Source: the human T2T-CHM13v2.0 reference genome, Homo sapiens
Direction: 5' to 3' (one strand)
Assembly (NCBI RefSeq): GCF_009914755.1
Contig: NC_060927.1
DNA length: 64,000 nucleotides
Below the pieces are notes generated by a model. It worked only from the letters and a program-made list of their open reading frames with translations, searched no databases and had not been told where the DNA came from. The position numbers and the translations under genes are program-made. Below, one piece after another: positions 29,029 through 44,985 of the stretch. How positions within the stretch are numbered: the first letter of the stretch is position 1; every line of letters starts with the position of its first letter.

Positions 29029-29826
29029 TGTTATAGAACTGAACTGGGGTCTACTTGCCTGGCACAGTAAGACCAGATATCCACACCAAGGTTTTGCAGT
29101 GGTAGAAAGGAAAACGTTAATTTGCAAGGCACCAAGCAAGGAGGACCAGGCAGCTAATGCTTAAATCCTGACCTTTCCTATGGTGTATAGGTAAGGGTTT
29201 TTATAGGCAGGAGTAAATTTCAGGAAAGCAGAAGTACAAGGAAAATCATAAATCAATACATAGAGGTTACACATTGGTTTTGGCCTAAAAGGGTGGGACA
29301 TCTTGAAGCAGACGGGATAAGTGGGTGGTGGGCCCACAGGTCATAGGTGGATTCAAACATTTTCTGATTTGCAGTTGCTTAAGGAAGAGAAGCTTTGTTT
29401 TAAAAGCTGGAATCAGTAGAAAAGAATGTTAACTCTGGCTCCTGGGTGTTACTCCCTCCAGGCCCCTCAGGAAGAAATTTAAAACAAAGAACGGTGGTCA
29501 GAATTCAGTCTTCATTGCCCTTTATCTGAGGTCTGTGTGCCAGTGGATCTGCTTGGTGGAGGTCTGGGTTTCTGAAAAACAACTCAGGGACATACGTTAA
29601 GATGTTATCTTTAGCTTCTACAGGGGAATCAAACATCTCCTGACAGTAACTTCCTTGGCTATTGTTTTAAGTTACTGTTACCTTCTTGCTGTAAAGTTGC
29701 TTATTTACTTCTCAGGGCTAGCTAGGCGCCTGGAATTTTTCTTGAAGGAACTCAAGATTTTCCTTTATTTCCATGCTTGGCGGGGGGCCCACAGGCTCCT
29801 CTAAAGGGGGTCCCTGCTCTGTCTCA
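29029..29826. mobile_element. ERV1-class solo LTR, same family as 5348-6124
   Basis: TG...CA termini; 4-bp TSD GTTC/ATTC (one mismatch); shared internal motifs. Confidence 0.75.
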
Positions 29827-32800
29827 ATTCCTCAAGACACCAATTCATTAAACTGTAAGGATGAAAATGAAAGCAGCGGGTATCAGCTCTGACATTTATA
29901 GAGCATGGAAATCATCATACCTAGCCTTGCTCAAGAAACAGCTGAACAAAATGAAAATCAGAACTTTTCTTGCATCTATCAGAGAAATGAGATTGCAGAG
30001 CAAAGTGCTGCCCTAAAATATGGAAAGACAAGCCAATCTAGGAAGTCTCAGTTGAGATCTGCATACTTGGAGCAGAAGCTGCTGGAGTCTTAAACTGGTA
30101 GGAACACTTCAATGGTAATTTTGACAAATTGCTGAAGGTTGTTTATGGGCTAGCTGGAGATTGAGAAACTCCTGGGTCTGTAGTCTTAACAGTGGCATCA
30201 CATTTTTATAGATTTTACTTTTAGGAACCCCACAGGTTTGTACAGTGTAGAGCCAAGAAAAATCTCATATTGGTTCTGGCAGGAAGAAAGGGAGAGTAAC
30301 CATTGTGAAATACACCCGGAGCCTTCTCCATAACAAAGACCTACTCTCCAGAGGAAAAGACTACCAGAGTCTTATCCCACCTGGGAGAAGGGCATTTCTC
30401 TGACTCCAGCCCCCTCTAGTTTTACTATCTCACCTAAGGGGGAAGGGGAAAGAAACTGAGAAATACTCGTGAAGGTGACAGGCCCACTGAATGACTGAGA
30501 TTTAATCGTAAGATAGCAGAATGCTTCCTTTCCCCCAACATCTTACCACCACACCAACAGGGCTACAGTGTAACTGCTGGGTTACAGCCAAATGAGTTAT
30601 AACACACAGACTCTATCTGAGGGGGAGTTCTCAGGGAAGCCCAAAGACAACAGAGGACATACAAACAGGGACACTGGAGGAATTTGAAGCCTCTGGCACT
30701 TACCACTGCAGCATGTATTAAACACAGCCAAACTCCTAGCTAGATTAACATAAAACTTCACACTAAAGGCCTATTTAGACCAGTTCCTATTCCCAATACA
30801 TCATGTCTGGCTTACAAAAAAATTACAAGTCATGCTAAAGGGAATAAATAACACAGCCTGAAGTGTCTTCAAACCAAGCATCAGAACCAGCCTCAGATAT
30901 GACACATATCTTGGAATTAACAAGCAGGACATTTAAAGTAACTACGATTAATATGGTAAACGCTCTGATGGAAAAAGTAGATAACATGAAAGAACAGATG
31001 GATAATGTAAGCAGAGAGATGGAAACTGTAGGAATGAATGAAAAGCAAATGCTATAAGTAAAAACTGCAACAAAAATGAAGAATGCCTTTGATGGGCTAT
31101 TCTGGACACAGCCAAGGAAAGAAGCTTGAAAATACATATGTCAGTGAAACTTCTCAGAAAGGCAAAGAGAAAAATAGAGTTTAAAACAGCAACAGAACAT
31201 TTAAGAATGTGAGATATTTTCAATAGGTATAAGATGTGCAATTATATGAGAAGGCAAAGAAAGAACAGAAGAAATATATGGTAAGATATTTGAAGGCTAG
31301 GAATTGATGCTTAAAAAGCCTCTGACAAAATGCAACGTTGATTCATGATAAACATTCTCAGCAAACTAGGCATAAAGGTGAATTTCCTCAACTTATTAAA
31401 GAACATCTTACAAAAAAAGCCTATATTGTACTTAATGGTAAGAAACCATACTTTCTCCCTAAGATTGAGAATGAGGTAAAGATGTCTTCTGTCACCACTA
31501 TTAGTCAACATCATATTGGATAACTTAGTGAAATAAGACAAGAAAAGGAAATTAAAGCTATATATTTTGTGAAGTAAGAAATAAAACTGTCTTTGTTCAC
31601 AGGTGACATGATTGTCTATGTAGAAAATTGCTAGGAAATGATAAACCTCCTGGAACATAAACAAGTAGAGCAAGGTTCCAGGACACAAGGTGAGTATATA
31701 TAATTAGTTATTTTCCTGTATACCACAATGAAAAATTAAAAAAACACTACCATTTACAACAGCACCACAAAAAAAGAAAAAAGTACTTAGGCATAAATCT
31801 AACAAAATAAATTCAAGACGTATAAGCAGAACACTGCAAAACTTTGATGAAAGAAATCGAAGATCTAAATAAACAGATTCTATATTTATAGATTGGAAGA
31901 CTCAATATTGTTAAGATGTCAAGTCTTCCCAACTTGATCTGTAGATGCAGTGGAATCCCAATCAAAATCCCAGAAAGCAATTTTTGTAGAGATTAACAAG
32001 TTGATTCTGAAGTTTATATGGAAAGCCTAGAAACCCAGAATAGCCGACATAATACTGAAGAGGAATAAAGTTGAAGGATTCACACAACTTGATTTCAAGA
32101 CTTTTTATTACATTGTAGTTATCCATGCAGTATGATGATGATGATGATATGAAACAATAGATCTATTTCAATCAATGGAACAGAGAGCCCAGAAATAGAC
32201 TCACACAGATAATAATCAAATGATCTTTGACAAAGGAGCAAAGAATTAAATGGGGAAAGGACAGTCTTTTCAACAAATTTACATTCATATGCAGGGTAGT
32301 GAACCTAGACACAAATCTTATACTTTTGACAAAAATTAAAATGGACCATAAACCGAAATCTGAAATTTAAAACTAGAAATCTTCTGGAAGAAAACACAGG
32401 AGGAACTCTAGGTGACCTTGGGTTTGGCTGTGAGTTTTTAGATACAGCACCAAAAACATAATCTGTGAAAGAAAAAAACTGATAAGTTGGACTTTATTAA
32501 AGTTGAAAATTTCTGCTCTATAGAAGACATTGTTAAGAGAATTGAAAGACAAGCCACAGACTGGGAGAAAATATTTGCAAAATATGTACCTAATAAAGGA
32601 ATTGTATCCAAATATACCAATAACTCTAAGACTCAATAAGAAGCGTAGACAGTTTGGCAGTTTCTTACAAAACTAAACATAGTCTTACCATACGATCCAG
32701 CATTCATGCTCCTAGGTATTTACCCAAATGATTTGAAAACCATATGCCAAGACAAAAACCTGCATGCAAATGTTTATAACAACTTTATTCATAATCAGCA

Positions 32801-34340
32801 AAAACTGGAAGCAACCAAGATGTCCTTCAGTAGGTGAATGGGTAAACTATGGAACATCCAGACAGTAGAATATTATTCAGTGATAAAAATAAATGAGCTA
32901 TCAAGCTACAAAAAGACATGGATGAATCTTAAATGCATATTGCTAAGGTAAATAAGCCAATTTCAAAAGGCTACAGGCTACATGAGTCCAATTATATGCC
33001 ATTTTGGAAAAGGCAAAACTATAGTAACAGCAAAAGGATTGGTGTTTGCCGGGGGGAAGGATGGGAGGGGAGGACTTAAATACAGTGAAACACAGGAGAT
33101 TTGGGGGGTGGTGAAACTATTCTATATGATACTGAAATGGAGGAATACATGACACTATGCAAAATCTATGGAATTCAACAACACAAAAGGTGAACCATAA
33201 TGTTTGCAAAATTTTAAAAAATCACTTAGGGGATTGGGTGATCCCAGGATAGAATGCAGAATGTGATAAAATTACAAATGTGTAAAATAACTCACTGAAA
33301 TGAATGAGGGAAAAAGGTGCTGATTTAATTGACTATGGAAATGAGTAGAGTCTGTAAGATTAAAGGCAAAAGAATCTAAACGTAAGAACTGTAGTTGATA
33401 ATGTATCCCATGAGTGTGTGGATTAACAATTCTGATAATGCTATACATGTATACTGAAATTGAACAATTAAGTAAATGGATGGAAGATGGAGTCAACCAG
33501 GTTTCTCACTGTCGGAGTGGAAGTTCACAGATAAACATGGGAAAAGGCTAGAATAATCCATGTAATAATGGATTAAAGTTGGAGACATCATTATGAACTC
33601 ATGTTTAGTTTAATATAGGCACATACAGTTTCATATAGAAATATTTATGGATATTTTTAAAAACACATGGAAGGGGGCTGTGTCAAAAGAGCCTGAAGCC
33701 CAATTGAAAGGGTTACCAATGGCTAAAGCTGGAATAGTTTGAGCAAGAAAATACAGTATTGGGTTATAATCCAAAATAATAAATATCCATAGGTCCATAC
33801 TGATGCAAATAAATGATTAAAGGGAGAAGAGGAAAAAAAATCTACCATGCAGGATAATTTCCAATTTATGTAGATATTCTGCATCAAGAAGGTGGAATAT
33901 AACTTCCCACCCCTTAAGTGTGAGCTGTGCATAGTGCCATCCTTTCAAAGAGTACAGTAGGGAAAGTAGGAAAAAAGATTACATTGGAGAAACCTGACAA
34001 ACACTCCCTCAGTCAGGTGATCAAAGTCATCATCAACAGTGATAAGTAATGTTGGTAGTGTATACCCTTGACATGTGACTAAAATGGTACTTGATCTCTG
34101 TGGTCTTTTTTCCTCAAACCCATAACTCTAACTTTGAGAAAAACATTAGATAAAGACCAGTTGAGGGGCAGTCTACAAAACACTTGGCCAATACTTATTA
34201 AAACTGTCAAAATTATCAAAAACATGGAAAGTCTGAGAAACTGTCAAGAGGAGAACTTAAGGAGACATGGTGATTAATGTGGTATCCTGTATGGGATCCT
34301 GGACCAGAAGATGTCATTAGGTTAGAAACTAAGGAAATCT

Positions 34341-36134
34341 ACACTTAAAAACAAACAAACAAAGAAAATATAAATAAATTGAACTTCATCAAAATTTAAA
34401 ACTTGTGCTTCAAATGATACTATAAATACAATGAATTCACAGAATCGGGGGGAAAGTAAATAATGTAGCTAAGAGAGTTCTAGTATCCAGAATATATAGA
34501 GTTCTTATAATTCAACAATAAAGAGACAACCCATATTTTAAAGGGGCAAAGGATTTGAATAGACATTTCTCCAAAGAACATATACAAAAGGTCAATAGTG
34601 CATGAAAAGATGCTCAACCTCATTAGTTCTAACGGAAGTGTGTCACAAAGCCACAATGAGATATAACTTTACACCCCATAGGACAACTATAATAAAAAAG
34701 ACAGAGAATAACAAGTGTTGGTGAGGATGTGGAGAAATTGGAACCCTTATACATGGATGGTGGAAATGTGAAATGGTGCACTTGGAAAAACAGTTTGTCA
34801 GTTCCTCAGAAGTTAAATGTAGAGTTACCATATGAGCCAGCAATTTCACTCATAGGTATACCTGAGAGGATTTAAAACACGTGTTCACCCAACAACTTGT
34901 ACACAGATGTTCATAGCGTTATTCATATAGCCAAAAAGTGAAAACCCAAATGTCTGTCAACTGTTAAATGGGTAAACAAAATGTGGTATAGCTCTACAAT
35001 GGAATGTCGTTCAGCAGTAAAATGGAATTAAGTACTGATACATGCTACAACATGGATGCACCTTGGAAACGTTATGCTAAGTGAAAGACGCCAGTAACAA
35101 TCATCAAATAAATGCAAATAAAAATTTCAATAAGGTACCATCTCACACTATTCAGAATGGCTATTAAGAAAAGTCAAAAAACAACAGATGCTGGTGAGGC
35201 TGCAGAGTAAAGGGAACACCTACACACCTAGACACTGCTGGTGGGAATGTAAATTAGTCACCGTGGAAAACAGTTTGGAGAGTTCTCAAAGAACTTAAAA
35301 CAGAACTACTATTGAACCCAGCAATCCCATTATTGGGTATATACTCAAAAGAAAATAAATTGTTCTACCAAAAAAACACATGCACTTATATGTTTGTCGT
35401 AGCACTATTCACAGTAGTAAAGATGGAATCAACATAGGTGCTCAACAGTGGATTGGATAAAGAAAAGGTGGTACATATATACTATGAAATACTATACAGC
35501 CATAAAAAGGAATGAAATTATGTCCTTTTCAGCAAAATGTATGCAGCTGGAGGCCATTATCCTAAATGAATTAATAACAGGAACAGAAAACCAAATACTG
35601 CATGTTCTCACTTAACAAGTGGGAGCTAAACATTGGGTACTCGTAGACATAAAGAGGGCAACAGTAGACACTGGGGACTACTTGAGGTGGGAAGGAGGGT
35701 GGGGGCAAGGGTTGGAAAAACTAACTGTTGAGTACTATGCTCACTACCTGGGTGACGGAATCAATCATAAACCAAACCTCAGCATCATGCAATATACTCA
35801 TGTAACAAACCTGCACATGTACTCCCTGAATCTAAAATAAAAGTTGAAATTATTTAAAAAGCCAGTAACAAGAGACCACATGTTGTATGATTCCATTTAT
35901 ATGAAGAGTCCAGAATAGGCAACTCTGTAGAGACAGAAAGCAGATTAGTGGTTACCTAGGGCTACAAGTGGGGATGAGGCATTAGGAGGTGACTGGTAAT
36001 GGGTACATGGTTTCTGTTTTGGGTAACAAAAATACTCTAGAATTAGATAGTGGTAAATATACTAAACCCTACTGAATTGCACACTTTAAAAGGATGAATT
36101 GTATGGTATGTGGATGATATCCGGGTAAAGATTA
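34341..36134 (+). mobile_element. L1MB-like 3' fragment nested in the older L1
   Basis: TSD AAACTAAGGAAATCT (34326-34340 and 36135-36149). Confidence 0.75.
35101..35856 (+). mobile_element. L1PB-like 3' fragment nested in the L1MB
   Basis: 3' end TGTAACAAACCTGCACATGTACTCCCTGAATCTAAAATAAAAG; GCCAGTAACAA repeated at both flanks. Confidence 0.8.
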
Positions 36135-36729
36135 AAACTAAGGAAATCTGGATAAAGTATGCACTTCAGTTAATAATAATGAATCAATATTGGCTTGTTA
36201 ATTATAACAAATATACCATACTGATGTAAAATGATAGTATGGAAAGCTAGGCTTGGGGATTGTGGGAACTCTGGGCTATCTTAATAGTTTTTTTGGTAAA
36301 TCTAAAACCATTCTGAAAAATAAAATTAAAAAAATGAAAGCAGCTGTTTCAATGTCAGAAGTGAAAACACACAAAGTCCTACTTATGAAAACAGAAGGAT
36401 ATTTGGAGGCAGTTGTTTTAGAAAAAAGACTCAAGGTTGGGGGGAGTCTTATTAAATTGTAAGGCATGAATTGAATATATTCACCAAAACTCTTGGCGGC
36501 ATTGGTAGAAAATCTGGCTGGCTTTTATGCAAACTGAATATTTGCATGGCTACTAAGTTTTTCAGCCCAAATAATTCACCTTCCTTACCCTTACATTTGT
36601 GTACTTATATCAGAATATTTATCATGTAGGATATGAAAAAAAATATGCTGGAGTTCCAGCATCACAGAAGGTGGCATGGTACTCACATTCAGAACATAGA
36701 GCAGTTCTGTTCAAGAACCTCTTTACAAG

Positions 36730-37148
36730 TGTATTAGTCCGTTCTCACACTGCTATAAAGAACTACCCAAGACTGGGTGATTTATAAAGGAAAGAAGTTT
36801 AATTGTTGCACAATTTCACATGGCTGGGGGGGGCCTCAGGAAGCTTACAATGATGGCAGAAGGGTATCACTTCTCGGCCTTTTGACTAAGATCAAGTGTA
36901 GAATCATGGCAGAAGTGAAAGCAAACATGTCCTTCTTCACATGGTGGCAGGAGAGTGAGTTCCAAGCAAAGGGGGAAAAGCCCCTTATATAAACTATCAG
37001 ATCTCATGAGAACTCACTCTCACAAGAACAGCATGGGGGTAACTGCCCCCATGATGCAAGTACCTTTCACTGGGTCCCTCCCACGACATGTGGGGATTAT
37101 GGGAACTACAAGATGAGATTTGCGTGGGGATACAGCCAAACCATATCA
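36730..37148 (-). mobile_element. THE1/MST-type MaLR solo LTR
   Basis: TGTATTAGTCC...CCAAACCATATCA termini; 5-bp TSD ACAAG (36725-36729 and 37149-37153). Confidence 0.9.
36866..36901 (+). pseudogene. U2 snRNA 5' fragment (nt 1-36), tailless retrocopy
   Basis: ATCACTTCTCGGCCTTTTGACTAAGATCAAGTGTAG versus U2 ATCGCTTCTCGGCCTTTTGGCTAAGATCAAGTGTAG (34/36); flanked by AAT(G/C)ATGGCAGAAG direct repeats. Confidence 0.93.
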
Positions 37149-37760
37149 ACAAGATTTGTTAAATTATATTTCACATCTCCCTAGGGGAGAAAAGACAAAT
37201 GCAGATTTTAGCATGGGAAAAGAAACAGAATGAGTCACATCAAGGTTTTAATCCAAGTCATTCAGTGATTTAAAAAAAAAGAAAAAAGGGATGTTTTTTC
37301 CCTTATTGTTTCAACTCTATATGAGAGGTAAACCTTTCCTTTCCTTGTAAAATTCTTTTCAGCCTTCAAGGCCAAGTCTTCTATGAAACTTCACTTTCTC
37401 CCTGGTCCCTACTGTATTCCTTTGTTGAACTCCTCTAATTAATATGCATGGCATCACAACATCAATTCATAAATAAGAGACTGTTAGAATGTTTATTAAT
37501 TGGCCGGGTGTGGTGGCTCATGCCATGTGCAGTTTCTCCTTCTCTGTTAAATCATTTTCATCTGCATATTACAAGCTCCAGACTCTCTTATCTTAACCAG
37601 AAAAAAAAAAAAAGGAAAGAAAGAAAGGGAAAGCTTCCTTGACACTTTCTGAACTTTCCTGGTTCATTTCCTAGAAATATTTCTCAAATTCTATCTCTCT
37701 GTCTTCAGGTCTTCACTTCTTAAGCATTCTATAAATTTTTAAAATTAAAATTTGAACTCA

Positions 37761-38070
37761 GGCCAGGCACGGTGGGCCCATGCCTGTAATGGCAGCACTT
37801 TGGAAGGCTGAGATGATAGGACAACTTGAGCCTAGGAGTTTGATACCAGCATGGGCAATGTGGCAAAACCCTGTCTCTACAAAAAGAAAAATTAGGCAGG
37901 TGTGGTGGTGCATGCCTATAGTCCCAGCTACTTGGGAGGCTGAAGTGGGAGGATCACCTGAGCCTTGGGAGGTCAAAGATGCAGTGAGCTGTGATTACAT
38001 CACTGCACTACAGCCTGGGTGACAGAGTGAGACCTTGTCTCGAATGAATGAATGAATGAATGAATAAATA
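37761..38070 (+). mobile_element. AluJ with (GAAT)n tail
   Basis: TSD AAAATTTGAACTCA (37747-37760 and 38071-38084). Confidence 0.9.
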
Positions 38071-38759
38071 AAAATTTGAACTCAAATGTAATAAGTGTAT
38101 TTGATATATATCTACCACTTGATATCGCTCTTTTTTTATAGAAACATTTAAAGCTCAACCTTTTATGTCTGAAAAAAGCTCAACCTTTCATGTCTGAAAA
38201 TATCTTTATACTATCCTTGTACTTAATTGATAGTTTGCTGGCTTTAGAATTTTAGGTCAGAAGTCATTTTTCCTTAGAATGTTGAAGGCATTGCTCAGTT
38301 ATCTTCCAGCTTCCAGTATTGCTCCTGGGAAGTTTGCAGCCACTTTGATTCCTAATCTTTTGGATGTTGATCTGTTCCCACCCTCTTCCCTGAAAGCATT
38401 TGGAATTTTCTCTTTGGCTTGCTTTTCCGAAATTTATGATGGTGAATCTTGGTGAGAATCTATTTGCATTTGTTTTGCTTGACTCTCTGGAGCCCTTTCA
38501 GTCTGGGTAACAAGCCTTTCAATTCTGAGATATTTTCTTGAATTCCTTCATTGTTGATTTCCAATCCATATTTTTCTATGCTCTCTTTTTAGAACTATTA
38601 TTTGGTTGTTGACCTTCCGAATTTATCAGTAGATTTAAATTTTTTTCTCTTCTGTTTTTCATTTCTGAGTTTTTTTTTCTGTATTTTTAGGAAGATTTCC
38701 TTGACTTTTCTTCCAGCCTTCCTAATGAGTTTTCTTCCTGTGATATTGTTTTCTCTCTT

Positions 38760-42649
<3,890 letters not shown>

Positions 42650-42650
<1 letters not shown>

Positions 42651-44600
42651 TATGTTTTTAGCTTCCAAGAGCTCTTTGTTTTTCTCCAATTGCTTCCATA
42701 TTCATCCTGTTTTTCTATCATGGGTCCATTATCTTTGTGAAGATATTAATAATGGCTTTTAAAGCTTTCATTTCTCTGTATAGTCTCTGTTTCTCCAGGT
42801 TACCTTTTTCTCTGCCCACGGGCTTGATCTCTGTGTTTTATTCCATAGTGTCTATTAAAATATGTATTGTTCTCAATTGTCTGCTCAAGTTTAAAGACAG
42901 AGCACTAAAGGCTAGTTGAAAGCTCTGTGCGTTTAAGTAGAGCCTACCAGCTGTGGGCCTCACTGTCAGATGATCTAGTAGACTTTATCAATGTGGCAAT
43001 ATCTAAATTGTTTTTCTTAAACAACTTAGAAAGCTCTCTCTTACTCTTCATGGAAGGGTATAATCATGGCTCCCAACATTCTACAGTTTCAATGTGGAGT
43101 GGACTGGGTTTTTTCAACTGTTAGAAAGTAAGTTTTCCCTTAGTTCTACATGTTTTCAGTAAAGCATCTGCATCTTCAAAAGTGTCTAGTGGCCCCTAGG
43201 GCAAAACCCCTGCTTTTTAACTTCTTCAGAGAATAAATTCTGGTTTCCTGTATGGATTAAGGGGCGCCAAGGTGATGAGTCACCCAGCGAGGTATAATAG
43301 TGGAGATGACATAGAGGCCTAAGTGCTTCTTAAAAATCAGCTCACCTGTATGTATAACACCACTTCCAGAGACTTTTGGAGGTTCCATGGTATAAACCAG
43401 GCTGCTTTTTCCCACTGCTGGCTTAGGACTCAGTTTTCTCAAATCTGCAGTCAGTTACCACTCCCTCCATTCTCCAGTATCCACAGTTTTGTTGCTGCAA
43501 TTTCTTCTTCCATTCTCTTCATCCTTGTGGGTTTATAACTAAAAAGAAAACCAAAAATAAAGCAACCCTTTACATTTATTGTAGTTGGATTTCTGGAGGT
43601 AAAAAGTTAACTATTTGTGTTCATTCTGTCATCTTTAACCACAAGACAGAATATTAAACAATATTTTTGCTATTGGTTTGTAATTTATGTTATAAGTGCA
43701 TTGGAGCCAAAGATAAAATCTTTGAAATTTGTTGAGGGTGACTTTATGAGCCTTGGATCGATTAATTTTTATAAATGTTTCATATGTGCTTAAGAAGAAT
43801 GTACTCTATAATTGTTGGTATCTAAATCATTTGTTGGATCAAACTTGCTAATTATTATATAAAATATTCACATACTTGGTAATTTTCTTATTCTTAATCT
43901 ATCAATTATCTAGAGAGGTTTGTTAAAATCTACCACTTCAATTGTAGACTCATCAGTTTCTCCTTGTAAATCTGTCAACTTTTGCTTCATATATTTAGAA
44001 GCTATGAATTAGGGCCATACATGTTCCAGAGTAGTTCTATCTTCTTGCTAGATTACTCCTGTTAATCATATATAATAGGCCTCTTTATTTCTCCATCAAT
44101 GCTTTTTGCCATTAGTTCTGTTTTATCTATCATATAGTTTTGTCTAATTTTAGCCTGGTACATCTTTTTCTATCCCTTTACTTTCAGCCTTTCTATGTTT
44201 ATGTATTTTAGGTGTATCTCTTGCAAAACAGCCTATAAATGAATTTTCAAAATCAATCTGACAGTATTTGTCTTAACTTGAAATTTTACATTTATTATAA
44301 TTACTGATGTTAGATTTATTTCTACTGTTTGTATAATGCTCACTACTGTGTTTTTACTGTTTATCGTTGTCTTTTTCTTTCCTGCCTTCTACCAGATTGC
44401 AAGCCCTCCCACTCTTTTTTCAGTCCATTAATTTGGAAGTTATATATTCTGTTTGTATTATGTTAGTGAATACTCTTAAAATTTTAAAGTTGCAGTTGAC
44501 TTAAAGTCCAAATTCAGTCAAATTCTTTATTCTTCTCCAAAACAACTCCGCAGTCTTGTTCTGATTATGTGTTATTATTGTCCAGTTTTTATACTTGTTT
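42650..44600 (-). mobile_element. Highly degenerate L1M fragments
   Basis: T-rich L1 antisense-like sequence; boundaries approximate. Confidence 0.45.
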
Positions 44601-44639
44601 TTGTATTCAAATTTGTTCTTTTTTGTTGTTCTGTGGCTT

Positions 44640-44985
44640 GGATTTATACAGGAGTCTTAATTCTGCCTTATGCAGACTCTTCCTACTCCCTATATTTAGT
44701 TGATTGGACCAGGGGTAGACCCTGGATCTAAGTCAGGCTAACCCCTGGAAACCTGAAACTGGGCCCAAGAGACACTAGTTGGAACTAGTGAAAAGCCAGA
44801 GATGAGAGAGAGGGAAAATTTGGTTCCTGATGACTTTGCAGTTTCTGATTCCAGTTTCTCAAGAGGTGCAGCTTTGGAGTTCTCTGAGATATCCCTGTAT
44901 CCTTGCAATAAATTCTCCTGTTTTGTTAAAGTAATTTATAGTGGGTTTCTTTCTTGTTATCAAAGGAACTTGAAAATGCCATTCT
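44640..44985 (+). mobile_element. Old MLT1-like LTR fragment
   Basis: GTGATTGGACCAGGGG and AATAAATTCTCCTGTTTTGTTAAAG...TTTCTTTCTTGTTATCAAA motifs. Confidence 0.5.

Larger units (their letters stand above)
29860..36335 (+). mobile_element. Old L1M (L1MC/MD-like), internally deleted, hosting nested L1 insertions
   Basis: 5' region, ORF1-like remnant (30863-31057), ORF2 remnants and long 3'UTR resuming at ~36135. Confidence 0.7.

Noticed and set aside
36866-36901. Functional U2 snRNA gene
   Set aside because: Only 36 of ~188 nt; no Sm site, PSE or 3' box.
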